Below, piece after piece: positions 9,324 to 20,045 of a stretch of 64,000 nt of DNA. The notes beneath the pieces are model-generated. The model saw only the letters and a list, made by a program, of their open reading frames with translations. It had not been told where the DNA came from and searched no databases. The stretch is from an uncultured Flavobacteriaceae bacterium (GTDB taxonomy: Bacteria > Bacteroidota > Bacteroidia > Flavobacteriales > Flavobacteriaceae), in assembly GCA_913043275.1 (NCBI GenBank), contig CAJWLL010000004.1, positions 41,447-105,446 of the forward strand, read 5' to 3'. The first letter of the stretch is position 1, and each line of letters starts with the position of its first letter. Made by a program: the position numbers and the translations under genes.

Positions 9324-10736
9324 TTAATTGTTATAGACTTCTGTTTCCCCTTGCTGTTGATGTTTCCAAAAGTAATGTTCTGATGGAATGCTAAAGGTTT
9401 TAAATATTTTTTTAGCTTGATCAACTAAATGTGGATGAGATTCACTTAGATTAAAAGTCTCTCCGGGATCGCGATAGAGGTCATAAACTTCGATGGGACC
9501 CTTATCGCCGTGGTGTAAATTGTTTTGAATAGCTTTCCATTTTCCAAAACGGGTAGCGCGCCAACCATTCTTCTCATAGAACTCCCAATAGAGCGGTGCT
9601 CTTTCAAAGCTTTTTTGAGAGCCGTGTAAAATTCCTACAATGCTATTCCCATCATATTTTTTTTCACTGCGCTCTCCAATTAATTCCAGAACTGTAGGTA
9701 AGAAATCGGCGAAATAACCAACTTGATCGCTCTTGGTTGCAGCAGCAATTTTTTGTGGATGATATACAATAAAAGGAACTCTGATTCCTCCTTCATAAGG
9801 ATCACGTTTCATACCTCTAAAAACACCATTACTATTAAAAATTTTCCAATCACCAGTAATCTCTGCAGGACCATTGTCAGAAGTAAAAAAGATGTAAGTG
9901 TTGTCTGCAATCCCCAAAGCCTCCAATCGCTGGACAATCCTACCAACAGTTTCATCCAAACGGGTGACCATTGCAGCATATTTTTTTTGCAATTCAGTTA
10001 AACCTTTTTCGTGAGTATATATTCCATTGTCGGGGAGCTCGTGTCGACTATGTGGAATGCAAAATGGCAAATAGAGGAAAAAGGGTTTTTGATGATTCCT
10101 GTCGATAAAGTTGATGGATTTTTCAGCAAACAGATTATGAGTGTATTGATGATTTTGCTCGTTTTCATTTCCGTAAAGCATTACTTTATTGGCGTTTTCC
10201 CAAAGGTATTCGGGATAATATGAATGGGCTCTTCTTTGGTTGTAAAAGCCATAGAAATAATCAAAACCTTTTTTGTTTGGTTCGCCAGTAGTATTAGGTT
10301 CTCCCAATCCCCATTTACCAATCATGCCTGTTCGGTAACCTTTCTCTTTTAATACCTCTGCAACTGTTAAATCCTCCTTTCGAATAGGTACTCTCCCTTC
10401 TTTACCTCCAAGTCCAGTTACACCGCCTTTCCCAAAATTACCACGAACACGGGTGTGTCCCAAATGTAAACCTGTCATCAGTACAGAGCGGGCTGGAGCA
10501 CAAACCGCAGCACCAGAATAGTAATCACTGAATTGCATTCCCTTCAAACTTAAACGATCTATATTGGGAGTTTTAATAAGTTGCTGACCATACGAACCTA
10601 CCTCACCATAACCTAAATCGTCTGCCATGATAAAAATGATATTAGGCTTTTCTTGAGAAAACATGGGTTGAAAAAAAAAGTAAATTAATATTAGGTTGAT
10701 AATGTTGTAATTGCGCATTATGTTTGTTTTAAGCAT
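9324..10736 (-). CDS. Arylsulfatase A-type sulfatase
   Basis: Motifs IIFIMADDLGYGEVGSYG and AAVCAPARSVLMTG. Start chosen at Met20 (10736) or Met26 (10718) to avoid overlapping the upstream stop at 10747. Confidence 0.9.
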   Translation of the reverse strand: MLKTNIMRNYNIINLILIYFFFQPMFSQEKPNIIFIMADDLGYGEVGSYGQQLIKTPNIDRLSLKGMQFSDYYSGAAVCAPARSVLMTGLHLGHTRVRGNFGKGGVTGLGGKEGRVPIRKEDLTVAEVLKEKGYRTGMIGKWGLGEPNTTGEPNKKGFDYFYGFYNQRRAHSYYPEYLWENANKVMLYGNENEQNHQYTHNLFAEKSINFIDRNHQKPFFLYLPFCIPHSRHELPDNGIYTHEKGLTELQKKYAAMVTRLDETVGRIVQRLEALGIADNTYIFFTSDNGPAEITGDWKIFNSNGVFRGMKRDPYEGGIRVPFIVYHPQKIAAATKSDQVGYFADFLPTVLELIGERSEKKYDGNSIVGILHGSQKSFERAPLYWEFYEKNGWRATRFGKWKAIQNNLHHGDKGPIEVYDLYRDPGETFNLSESHPHLVDQAKKIFKTFSIPSEHYFWKHQQQGETEVYNN

Positions 10737-10746
10737 AGGCTGAGTA

Positions 10747-12411
10747 TTATAATACGGATATCGTGAATTTCTTTTGATTCGGTTTATTTCCATGAATATA
10801 CGCTTTAATTTTTTTTACCAAATCTGGCATCTCCTCTGAAATATCCTTATCATTTCTTCCTTCCAACATTTGATCAAAAACTTGAATTTCTCCTTTTTGG
10901 GGCACCAGTATTTTATAATCTCCGTAACGTATAAAATAACTCCAACGAGATTCCTCAGGAATGTGTTTCTTTAATTGATTGATCACCAATTCCTTGGAGG
11001 GTTGGTTTGCTAAATTTTTAAATTGGTCAGGGTCATTGATCATGTCATACAACTCATAGCTCCCATCAAAATATGAAATCAATTGCCAATTTGGTGTGGA
11101 AACTGAATGAGAACCAATGGAAAAAGTAGTTAAGGTAACTTCTTCCCATTTTTTAACTTGTTTTTTGAGGATGGGCATTAAACTCCTTCCCTCCCATTGT
11201 GTGTTTTTTGGAATCCCAGCCATATCGGCCATTGTAGGGGCGAGGTCTAAAAGGTTAACCATGTTTTTTACGCTCACCGATTTTTCAAATTGGTCATTCC
11301 CCTGGGGAGGTACAATCAAAAAAGGAACTCGGGTACTTCTGTACCATCCGGTAGCTTTGCCCCAATGGGATTTTTCTCCCAAGTGCCAGCCATGATCTGA
11401 CCACAAAATAATCCAGGTATTTTTCATCATAGCATATTGGTCTAAAGTCTTTACCAAATCACCAATAAGCTCATCAACAAAAGATATAGATGCCAAATAG
11501 GAGGAAACAGCATTCTCCCACTGACCATATTTGATAACGGTTTTGTGGCGCCCCGAAGTTTTGGGATACAATGCCAATTGCTTGGCCCTTTCAGGTAAAT
11601 CTTCAAATTCATTCTCCAAAACCTTTGGCAGTATAACTTTATCCAAAGGGTACAAATCGTGAAATCGCTTGGGATTAAAAAGGGGCTGATGGGGCCTTTC
11701 AAACCCTAGGGCCAACAAAAAGGGATGATCTTTGATTTTGTCCAATTTTTCAATGGCCCAGTCAACGCTGTAACGATCTGAAAATAGACTGTCGGGTAAA
11801 TCTACGGGGCCCCAGTCAAAGGTGTGAGATTTATTCCAATATCGATCAGCAGGCATACCGTTTAGTGGAATTTTAAAGGTTTTACCCCCCTTGATGACTT
11901 CGTGGTATGGGTTTTGTTTGCTAGTATGAAGTTCTGAAGAAGTAAACGGTGCGGCTGAACCTCTCCTTCCACCATAGTGGTCAAAAGCAGCTTTTGGAAA
12001 ATTTGATCCTCCTCCGTGGAATAATTTGCCAACACCATACACTTGATATCCGTTATTTCTAAAATGCTCAAGCACTGTTACCCTCTCAGGTAAATCCCGA
12101 CTAAACTTTATATTGTTATCATATACTCCAGAAGTTACGGGTTGTAAACCACTCAATATAGCTGTTCTGGACGGGCCACAAATGGGAGCAGGACAATGTG
12201 CATTGGTAAAAGAAAAACCTTTTGAAGCTAATCTATCCATGTGGGGTGTTATAGCTTGTTGATGGCCCAAAAAACCGACCCAATCATTGAGATCGTCTAC
12301 GGAAATAAATACAATATTTGGTTTTTCTTCCATCTTTTCAAGTGGAGGCTGACAAGAAAAAATTACCAGTATTAAATAAGAAAAAAATAAAACTCTGCTT
12401 GTTGCTTTCAC
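10747..12411 (-). CDS. Sulfatase (paralog of 2048-3523)
   Basis: Motifs IVFISVDDLNDWVG and CPAPICGPSRTAILSG. GTG start, with no in-frame ATG before the signal peptide VLFFSYLILVIFSC. Confidence 0.9.
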   Translation of the reverse strand: MKATSRVLFFSYLILVIFSCQPPLEKMEEKPNIVFISVDDLNDWVGFLGHQQAITPHMDRLASKGFSFTNAHCPAPICGPSRTAILSGLQPVTSGVYDNNIKFSRDLPERVTVLEHFRNNGYQVYGVGKLFHGGGSNFPKAAFDHYGGRRGSAAPFTSSELHTSKQNPYHEVIKGGKTFKIPLNGMPADRYWNKSHTFDWGPVDLPDSLFSDRYSVDWAIEKLDKIKDHPFLLALGFERPHQPLFNPKRFHDLYPLDKVILPKVLENEFEDLPERAKQLALYPKTSGRHKTVIKYGQWENAVSSYLASISFVDELIGDLVKTLDQYAMMKNTWIILWSDHGWHLGEKSHWGKATGWYRSTRVPFLIVPPQGNDQFEKSVSVKNMVNLLDLAPTMADMAGIPKNTQWEGRSLMPILKKQVKKWEEVTLTTFSIGSHSVSTPNWQLISYFDGSYELYDMINDPDQFKNLANQPSKELVINQLKKHIPEESRWSYFIRYGDYKILVPQKGEIQVFDQMLEGRNDKDISEEMPDLVKKIKAYIHGNKPNQKKFTISVL

Positions 12412-12416
12412 TCTAA

Positions 12417-13763
12417 TTATTTTTTTCCTCTAACGAAGGAGCTTTCCGGAAGTGAAGGAAAGTTCGCTAGTTCAGAAGCTAACTTTGTTTTTATAGTTTT
12501 TTGATCATAACTCAATTCCTTCTCCTCCAGTGGTTTGGTTTCTAAAATGTCATTTTCCATATCGAAAAAGCGCCCGTCTTTGTAAAGTTTGTATCTCGCG
12601 TTTTGAGAATAAACGTTTCTATATTGGGTCACAACAGCAGACCACATAGGATCATAGTAGGTTGTTACTATTTCTCGATCAATAGATTTTTTTCCACTGA
12701 GTATTTCCATTATACTCAAGCCATCAGTTTTATGAGGTACGCCAAGTATATCAGAGAAAGTTGCATAGAAATCACTGAAGTTAATCAAGCCATCATATGT
12801 TTTGTGCTTTTTAATTTGATCAGGCCAATTGACGACCATGGGAACATGATTACCGTGGGTAATTGTATTTCCTTTCGCACCTCTGACTAAACCCATTTTG
12901 GTTTGAGAAACTAAAGTGTTTTTCGTTCCGTTGTCTCCAACAAAAATTATAAGAGTATTGTCTGCTATTCCTTGTTCATTTAGGGTATTGACAATTTTTC
13001 CAATGAGCTTATCCATGTAGGCGACCATGTCGACAAAAAAACGATTGTCTTGTTTGGATCGTGTGTCAAGCGATTGCCATTCCGGTGAATCTGGTGTAGG
13101 AACAAATGGACTGTGCACCAAAAGCATGGGGTAGTAGATAAAGAAAGCTTGGTCTTTATTCCTTTTGATAAAATCAACTGCGTAATCGGAAACAATATCA
13201 GGGCCATAGGCATTTTCATCTCTAGGCAAAAAATTTCCATTTTGCTCGATTAAAGGATTAGCAAAACGTTCTCCAAACCTTTTAACTTTGGTCAACTGCC
13301 ATAGACTGTACTCGTCAAAACCAAAGTGGTAGGGCCTGGTGTTGTCGTCATTACCTTCTAATTGATGTTCAATACCATTGAGTTGCCATTTTCCAACTAT
13401 TGCTGTTTTATATCCGTTTTCTTTGAATAGATTTCCGATGGTTTTTTCTTTGGGATTGAGGTAGGTAAAATAATCATAGTTCCTGAAATTAAACTTCCCA
13501 GTCATTATTTTTACTCTGGAAGGTGTACATAGTGGTTGAGAAATAGCTTTAGTAAAATTAATTCCTTTAAGGGCCAAAGAATCTAAAACCGAGGTTTTAT
13601 ATGATTTACTACCATTGATACTTAGACACTCGAAACCAATATCATCTGCCATTATCAAAATAACGTTGGGTTTCGATGCAGTTCTTTGTTTGGTTTGGCA
13701 GCCCATTAGCATTAATGAGCTCAAAGTAATGCAAATAGTGAACGTATTGAGAAAATTCCTCAT
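12417..13763 (-). CDS. Arylsulfatase-type sulfatase
   Basis: Lipoprotein signal MRNFLNTFTICITLSSLMLMGC. Motifs VILIMADDIGFE and QPLCTPSRVKIMTGK. The ORF track start at 13814 overlaps the upstream gene. Confidence 0.9.
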   Translation of the reverse strand: MRNFLNTFTICITLSSLMLMGCQTKQRTASKPNVILIMADDIGFECLSINGSKSYKTSVLDSLALKGINFTKAISQPLCTPSRVKIMTGKFNFRNYDYFTYLNPKEKTIGNLFKENGYKTAIVGKWQLNGIEHQLEGNDDNTRPYHFGFDEYSLWQLTKVKRFGERFANPLIEQNGNFLPRDENAYGPDIVSDYAVDFIKRNKDQAFFIYYPMLLVHSPFVPTPDSPEWQSLDTRSKQDNRFFVDMVAYMDKLIGKIVNTLNEQGIADNTLIIFVGDNGTKNTLVSQTKMGLVRGAKGNTITHGNHVPMVVNWPDQIKKHKTYDGLINFSDFYATFSDILGVPHKTDGLSIMEILSGKKSIDREIVTTYYDPMWSAVVTQYRNVYSQNARYKLYKDGRFFDMENDILETKPLEEKELSYDQKTIKTKLASELANFPSLPESSFVRGKK

Positions 13764-13770
13764 CAGTTTA

Positions 13771-14790
13771 TTAATTAGGTTTGACAACATTTCCTTTGGA
13801 TTTATAAATTGCATTAATAAGTGCCACAGATTTTTTGGCTTGATCGATATTGACTTTTGGAGCTCGCTTATTCCCTATTGCATCCATAATATCCTTGATA
13901 GCAGCGATATGAAATTGATCGGTAATAGCCATAGGATCAGAAGCAGCCGAACCTGGATTCTCTTCATACCCAATTAAAACTTGCTGAATACTGCTAACAG
14001 TTGAAGAAATAATTTTACCGCCACTATAAGCAATATTACCCATGGTTCCATATAGGGTAATCGACTCTGGTTCACCTGGGAAAAGTGCGGTACCTCCAGA
14101 AATTGTTCCCAATGCGCCACTTTTAAATTTTAAAGCAGCGACCGCCACATCTTCTCCTTCTATTTGGTGATGCAGAGTATCAACAAGTCCACTGACCAGA
14201 GCTACTTCACCCATTAAGTCGAGCATCAGATCAATAGTGTGAATCCCTTGGTTGATCAATGCAGCCCCACCATCAAGGGCCTTTGTGCCACGCCATGAAC
14301 CCTCGTAATAGCTCGGGGGACGGTACCAATTGATGGTTGTTTGGCATAACAAAATCTTACCCAAAATTCCAGAATCAATATAAGTTTTCAGTTGTTTATA
14401 TTCCGGGTTTTCACGGTTTTGAAATACGCAAGCCAATTGGATGCTTGTCGATTTTACTACCTCTGCAATCTGGTCTATTTTTTCAACTGTCGTTTCCAGT
14501 GGCTTTTCACACAGTACATGTTTACCTGCGTTTGCAATTTTGGCAATGGAAGCACCGTGTAATCCACTTTCATTGCAAACACAAATAATATCTATATCAG
14601 GATGGTACAATAATTTTTCCAATTCCCAAAAAACAGGAGCGTTATAATTCTTTGCAACTTCACGAGCTCTCGCTTCAGATTTACTCAAGACTCCCAAAAG
14701 GGAAGCATTAGGTATTTTTTCAATACAGTCAGCATGAAATTTTGCAATATTACCTGTACCTATTACCCCAAATCCAAACTTTTTTTTCAC
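13771..14790 (-). CDS. Gfo/Idh/MocA family NAD(P)-dependent oxidoreductase with no signal peptide
   Basis: The Rossmann motif begins at residue 6 (FGFGVIGTGNIAKFH). EKP motif CEKPLE. GTG start. Confidence 0.85.
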   Translation of the reverse strand: MKKKFGFGVIGTGNIAKFHADCIEKIPNASLLGVLSKSEARAREVAKNYNAPVFWELEKLLYHPDIDIICVCNESGLHGASIAKIANAGKHVLCEKPLETTVEKIDQIAEVVKSTSIQLACVFQNRENPEYKQLKTYIDSGILGKILLCQTTINWYRPPSYYEGSWRGTKALDGGAALINQGIHTIDLMLDLMGEVALVSGLVDTLHHQIEGEDVAVAALKFKSGALGTISGGTALFPGEPESITLYGTMGNIAYSGGKIISSTVSSIQQVLIGYEENPGSAASDPMAITDQFHIAAIKDIMDAIGNKRAPKVNIDQAKKSVALINAIYKSKGNVVKPN

Positions 14791-14800
14791 TTACAGTATT

Positions 14801-17173
14801 TTAGTCAGACATACTAATCGGAAGTAATTCCTCAGCCGTCGCCCAATTGTAATTAGGCTGCTCCCCTAGTTCATACTCCAAAGTACCGCCCTTTACTAAA
14901 TCTTTGTGGTAAAACCACGATTGATTCAGATGTTTTCCGTTGAGTTTTAAACTCTGAATGTACTTGTTTTTGGAAGTGTTTTCTGGTGCTTTAATAGTAA
15001 AGCTTTTACCAGAATAATAATCTTTATCCAAATGGATAGTTATTTGATCAAATATAGGACTTGAAAGATCATAAGTCGGATTCAAATCTGCCCCTCCTTT
15101 CATCTCAAAAAGTCCTATTTTCATTAAAACCGAGAGAGCACCCATAAGACCTTGATCTTCATCACCACTATATCCGTGTTGTGGATCATTATCACTATAA
15201 ACTTTTTCAATAACATCTCTCACCCATTTTTGGGTAAGCCATGGTTTAGCGAGATAATTAAAAATATAACCAGTCTGCATTGAGGGTTGGTTTCCATAGT
15301 TTATAAATACTCTTCTTCGGTGACTGGCAACAAAGTTATCTCCACGATGGTTATGGGCAACAAACCCATGCTGTTGTGCTATCAAAAAAGATTGGTTTAA
15401 TCGTCTTGCTGTGATTTCCTTGCCTCCCATCAAATCTGCCAGTCCTGCTATGTCATGTGGCACAAACCAAGTTGCAGCAGCAGCAGTGGCTTCAACAAAA
15501 CCAGAGCCTAAAGAATGCTTATAATCGTTTTCGTAGACCAAAGGATCAAATGGCTCAACCCAATTGCCTTCCAATGTTCTTCCCCTCATCCATCCAGAGG
15601 ATGGATCATAAATGTTACGATAATTGGTGGCTCTTTTTTGAAGCAATTTGTAGTCGCTTGTTTTATTTAAAGACTTTGCCAGCTGTGACAAAGCCCAATC
15701 CTGATAAGCGTATTCCATTGTTAATCCTGAACCACACTGGTGATATCCGTACTGCTTATCGTACAATGGAAAAGGTACATAGCCCTTATCAATATAGTAT
15801 TCTATACCTCCACCTTTGTTGGTGTTATGCTCATAGCCTACCTTACTCATGATACCACCAGGCATAGCGTTTTTAAGCATGCCCCTGTAGGCTTTATCGA
15901 TATCGAAACCTCTAATGCCTTTCATATAAGCACTCACAATAAAAGGGGTTGTAGAAGCCCCTGTCATCACATAGGTATAATTTCCTCCTGAAGGACCCCT
16001 AGGAATCAAGCCCCCATCATCATACATCAACAACATAGAATTAACAAATTCCTCTGAGATTCTGGGATAAACTAGGTGCCAAAGGGTATTCAAAGTCCAC
16101 TGTGCCCCCCAAAAGGAGTCAGAGTTGTAATGATTGAATTTGGGCTTTCCTTTTTTATCCAAGGAGATTTGACCTATGCGTTGCTTTTCGCCGGTCATGT
16201 CGCTGTATTTACCATTAACATCACTGATGACTCTTCTGCCCTGCAAGGCGTGCCAAAGATCAGTGTAAAATCTTATTTGCTGGTCTTTGGTATTTCCTTT
16301 GATTTCTATTCTGCTCAGGTAATCATTCCATTGGTTTTTGGAATCTTGAACAACCGCATCAAAATCCCAGTGGTTTAATTCTGTTTGGAGATTGAGTTCG
16401 GCCTGTTCCATACTGACATAGGAGATTGCTACTTTCATCATAATTTGCTCCCCCTCTTTTGTCTTAAATACAGGGTATACTCCTCCGTTCACACCTTTAA
16501 ATTCTCTTGTTTTACCCAATAATTTTTGATTCTGAAAGGCATATAGGTCCTCAAAAGATCGATCAAAATGAAGACTGAAAAACACTTTGGTCTCTTTGGG
16601 TCTCCTGATGGTTTTTTCCATCACCGCATAACCTTGAAGTTTTTTATTTGATACTTTTTTTACATATCCACTCGCTGTCCCACTAGGCCCAAGCTGGGTA
16701 GAGAGGTCAAGAATAACGGCACTTTGATTGGATTTAGGAAAGGTATAACGATGAAAACCTACGCGAACCGTTGAGGTCAATTCTGCCTTGATATTGTAGT
16801 CGTCTAAAATAATTGAATGATAACCAGCTTCAACAGTTTCTCTGTCGTGAGAATAAGCTGACCCATATGCTTTGGCACCAAGATGGGCCTTAATTTTACC
16901 AGTAGTTGGCAGAACAGGTATACCTGACAATTGCCAAGCGTGGATATGACTGAAAAAATTAATGGTTTTTTGATTATAGCGATATCCAGATTCCCATGCA
17001 CCGGCAGTTCCCATATCAGGGCTTAAGTTGACCATCCCAAAAGGACGAGTAGCGGAGGAAAAAAAGAACCATCTGGAATTAGCAGAGTCGATCAGTGGAT
17101 TGACCAAATCTACAGGGCGTTGACAGTAAATAAAAGTTCCAAATAGCAAAGTAAACAGTTGTATTTTTTTCAT
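14801..17173 (-). CDS. GH92-family glycoside hydrolase (alpha-mannosidase-like fold; specificity unknown)
   Basis: Signal peptide present. GH92-like blocks: ATRPFGMVNLSPDM, FFSHIH, TWFVPHD, YGNQPSMQTGYIFNY and SGDEDQGLMGAL. Confidence 0.7.
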   Translation of the reverse strand: MKKIQLFTLLFGTFIYCQRPVDLVNPLIDSANSRWFFFSSATRPFGMVNLSPDMGTAGAWESGYRYNQKTINFFSHIHAWQLSGIPVLPTTGKIKAHLGAKAYGSAYSHDRETVEAGYHSIILDDYNIKAELTSTVRVGFHRYTFPKSNQSAVILDLSTQLGPSGTASGYVKKVSNKKLQGYAVMEKTIRRPKETKVFFSLHFDRSFEDLYAFQNQKLLGKTREFKGVNGGVYPVFKTKEGEQIMMKVAISYVSMEQAELNLQTELNHWDFDAVVQDSKNQWNDYLSRIEIKGNTKDQQIRFYTDLWHALQGRRVISDVNGKYSDMTGEKQRIGQISLDKKGKPKFNHYNSDSFWGAQWTLNTLWHLVYPRISEEFVNSMLLMYDDGGLIPRGPSGGNYTYVMTGASTTPFIVSAYMKGIRGFDIDKAYRGMLKNAMPGGIMSKVGYEHNTNKGGGIEYYIDKGYVPFPLYDKQYGYHQCGSGLTMEYAYQDWALSQLAKSLNKTSDYKLLQKRATNYRNIYDPSSGWMRGRTLEGNWVEPFDPLVYENDYKHSLGSGFVEATAAAATWFVPHDIAGLADLMGGKEITARRLNQSFLIAQQHGFVAHNHRGDNFVASHRRRVFINYGNQPSMQTGYIFNYLAKPWLTQKWVRDVIEKVYSDNDPQHGYSGDEDQGLMGALSVLMKIGLFEMKGGADLNPTYDLSSPIFDQITIHLDKDYYSGKSFTIKAPENTSKNKYIQSLKLNGKHLNQSWFYHKDLVKGGTLEYELGEQPNYNWATAEELLPISMSD

Positions 17174-17174
17174 T

Positions 17175-18623
17175 TTAAATATTTTGTTTTATTTCTGCAT
17201 TGGCTTGAACCAAAAAAAGGGTCAAAGCATTGTTTAGCTTCTCTACCAATTCAGACATTTCTTTTGAAAGGTCATGTTTTTCTTCAATATCTTTGGAGAG
17301 ATCAAAAAGTTCCAATTTGTTAGTCCTCCAGTCTTTGACCAGTTTGTAATGACCCCATCGAATGGCAGAGATAGGTTTTCTGTTTGCTGCTTGGTGAAAC
17401 AACAGATAGGGTCTATTTCTTTCTACAGACCCAACCCCTTTATTATGAATGATGGACTCTAAATTACCTCCATCAAGAATTTGTGGCAGGGAATCTCGGT
17501 AGCCAGCCAGTCTTGCAACAGTGGGCAATATATCTAAACCTGTAACAGGAACCTGAGAGTATGTATTGTTTGCTACACCAGGACCCGAAATGACAAAAGG
17601 AACCCTGAGTCCACCTTCATACATCGATCCCTTACCTCCTCGAAGGGGAAAGTTTCTCGCCACTTTTTGTTCAGCTCCAATAGGAATGGAAGATCTTCCT
17701 CCATTGTCAGACATGAAGATAATATATGTATTATCTGATATACCAAGCGAGGCTACTTTATCAAGTATCATTCCAATGCCCTCATCCATGTCCTCAGTCA
17801 TGGCAGCAAATTCAGGAACAAAATGCTTTTTTCCTTTTCTAAATTTAATGTATTTATCCTTGTTTTTTTGGCTGTATGTGATGGCCAAATGAACTGCGTA
17901 ATGTGAAATTTGAATAAAAAATGGCTTATTGTTTATGGTTTGCCTCTCAATAAAATCATTTGATCTTTGGGTAAGCGAAAAAATCAATTTAGGATCGTCA
18001 TATGCTTTGGGCCAAGCCTCTCCCATTTTAAATTCAAAATCAGTTCCATTTTTATTGAGTGTGTTCTTCCCTCCACCAGTATTGTTACTAGTAAGTCCAT
18101 CACTAAAATCGTATCCCATTTCTTCGGGAGTAAAATTGTCATATCTGGCATCCCATTTACCAAAATGAGCAGTCACATAATTAGGGTCTGCTATTTTTAG
18201 GATTTTGGGAATTGTCATCTGTTTTCTAAAGGCCTTGGTCCAATTCACTCTATCTTTTTGGTACTCGTGCTTGGCTGGAGTTAATCCTGTTAATATGCTT
18301 TTTCTAGTGGGAGAACAAAATGGAGCTGGTGCATAACCATTGGTCATTCGCATACCACTTTTAGCTAACCGCTCCATATTAGGGGTTTGATAATAATCAC
18401 TTTTGGAACGCGGGTCTTCAGGATCCGCCAAAAAAGATGTTCCCACCCAACTTTGATCATCTGTGAGAATCACAATAAAGTTGGGTTTTCTTTCATTCTC
18501 TTTTTGAGCATTACAAGATGACAAAAAACAGAAAATGAAGATGATGAATGTTTTCAGTGAAATAGACTTTGAAAATTTGAATTTTATATCATTCAATATT
18601 ATATGGTTTTCGTGTACGAACAC
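17175..18623 (-). CDS. Sulfatase
   Basis: Motifs FIVILTDDQSW and APFCSPTRKSILTG. No ATG precedes the signal peptide. Start is GTG at 18623 or TTG at 18596. A TAAATTTG box on the minus strand at 18629-18636 favours the TTG. Confidence 0.88.
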   Translation of the reverse strand: MFVHENHIILNDIKFKFSKSISLKTFIIFIFCFLSSCNAQKENERKPNFIVILTDDQSWVGTSFLADPEDPRSKSDYYQTPNMERLAKSGMRMTNGYAPAPFCSPTRKSILTGLTPAKHEYQKDRVNWTKAFRKQMTIPKILKIADPNYVTAHFGKWDARYDNFTPEEMGYDFSDGLTSNNTGGGKNTLNKNGTDFEFKMGEAWPKAYDDPKLIFSLTQRSNDFIERQTINNKPFFIQISHYAVHLAITYSQKNKDKYIKFRKGKKHFVPEFAAMTEDMDEGIGMILDKVASLGISDNTYIIFMSDNGGRSSIPIGAEQKVARNFPLRGGKGSMYEGGLRVPFVISGPGVANNTYSQVPVTGLDILPTVARLAGYRDSLPQILDGGNLESIIHNKGVGSVERNRPYLLFHQAANRKPISAIRWGHYKLVKDWRTNKLELFDLSKDIEEKHDLSKEMSELVEKLNNALTLFLVQANAEIKQNI

Positions 18624-18771
18624 TTTAACAAATTTAATTTTATTTTCAAATTTTCATAATAATTTATAGTTGAAATTTACACCCTTGTTTACTAAAAATA
18701 ATTCACAGGTTTTATCTAGTAAATTTTATTTTTTTGTATAAAATCAAATCGATCAATGGGAAGAGAATGAA

Positions 18772-19977
18772 TTAATTCTTTAAGATTGCTTTGTAAACCT
18801 GGCTTTCAAAAATCTCTTTTCTAGAATATTTCCAGCCTTTCATTTGGGTCATGAGTATCATAACCAAATTCTCCTTAGGATCAATTCTAAAATAAGGACC
18901 CCACGAGCCATGCCATCCATAACTACCCTGACTTCCAAGAAAAGGGTAGGCATCAATATTTTTTATCATGTTAAATGTTAAACCGAAGCCAATCGCATCA
19001 TTTGGTTTATGATTATAATCACTTGGTCTCCCATTTCTAATTCCCTTCAAATGGTCTTTTATCATCAATTGAACGGTTTTTTTCTCCAATATTTTTTGAC
19101 CGTTGTAAGTACCATTATTTAAAAGCATCAGGCAGAACTTTGAAAAATCCTTCATGGTAGAAGCCAATCCACCGGCAGGATTAAAAAAAGTTACTTTTTG
19201 AGTGTAGGGGGAATTGCTGGGATGATCGAGAACACTTAATCCTTCTTTCTTATCTAAAAAATAACCCGTGGTAAATCGATTGTGCTTGTCTTTTGGAATC
19301 TCAAAAAAAGTATCTACCATTTGTAAAGGGTCAAAAATTTCTTTTTTTAGGTATTCATCAATTTTTGCTCCTGTCAACTTTTCAACCAAATAAGCTCCTA
19401 AACTAATCGATGGACTGTAGATCCATTTAGTGTTAGGGTCTAAAGCTAAAGGGATTTTACTCATTCTTTCTATTTCAGTTTTCAAATCAAAGGAGGGGTT
19501 GTTTTTTAGTTCATTAAACTGCTCTCTTAATAAAGGATTGGTTTTACCAATACCTGTGGTGTGTCGTAAAACATCAATTATTCTAATAGGGTTTGATGCA
19601 GCCCTCAAAGACCCATCTGATTCTAAAACTATTGGGTTATTATATTCATTTATATACTTACCTATTGGATCATCAAGCTTAAAATACCCCTTTTCATAAA
19701 GCTTCATTATTCCGACTGCAACAATGCACTTTGTGATAGATGCAATTCTAAAGATACTATTGTCTTGAAGAGGTTTACCTTGTTCGAAATCTGAAAAGCC
19801 ATAATTATCATAATGAACAACTTCACCATTTTTAAAAACTATAGTTTGATAACCCACTAACTCATTCTCATCAACAAACTGACGCATTCTCTGCTTTAAA
19901 TTTTCAAAATTATATTGTGCAGAAATCGAAAAAGTAAAAAAGGTGAATAATAATATAAGTTTAATCAATAAATTCAC
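18772..19977 (-). CDS. Serine hydrolase of the beta-lactamase/esterase family
   Basis: Signal peptide present. S-x-x-K motif in FRIASITKCIV. GTG start. Confidence 0.75.
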   Translation of the reverse strand: MNLLIKLILLFTFFTFSISAQYNFENLKQRMRQFVDENELVGYQTIVFKNGEVVHYDNYGFSDFEQGKPLQDNSIFRIASITKCIVAVGIMKLYEKGYFKLDDPIGKYINEYNNPIVLESDGSLRAASNPIRIIDVLRHTTGIGKTNPLLREQFNELKNNPSFDLKTEIERMSKIPLALDPNTKWIYSPSISLGAYLVEKLTGAKIDEYLKKEIFDPLQMVDTFFEIPKDKHNRFTTGYFLDKKEGLSVLDHPSNSPYTQKVTFFNPAGGLASTMKDFSKFCLMLLNNGTYNGQKILEKKTVQLMIKDHLKGIRNGRPSDYNHKPNDAIGFGLTFNMIKNIDAYPFLGSQGSYGWHGSWGPYFRIDPKENLVMILMTQMKGWKYSRKEIFESQVYKAILKN

Positions 19978-20045
19978 AACTATTTAAATAATGGTTTAAT
20001 TAGAAATAATTTTTTAATAATACTCCTTTTAATATTAATAATTAT

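Noticed and set aside
15457-15852. 131-aa antisense ORF inside the GH92-like gene
   Set aside because: It has no motif and contains a poly-Q/L run from antisense reading. The sense-strand ORF is 790 aa with GH92 blocks.
18772-19977. Beta-lactamase-family protein as an antibiotic resistance gene
   Set aside because: Only the generic S-x-x-K serine hydrolase motif is visible. Such proteins at PUL edges are usually esterases or peptidases, and nothing supports a resistance call.
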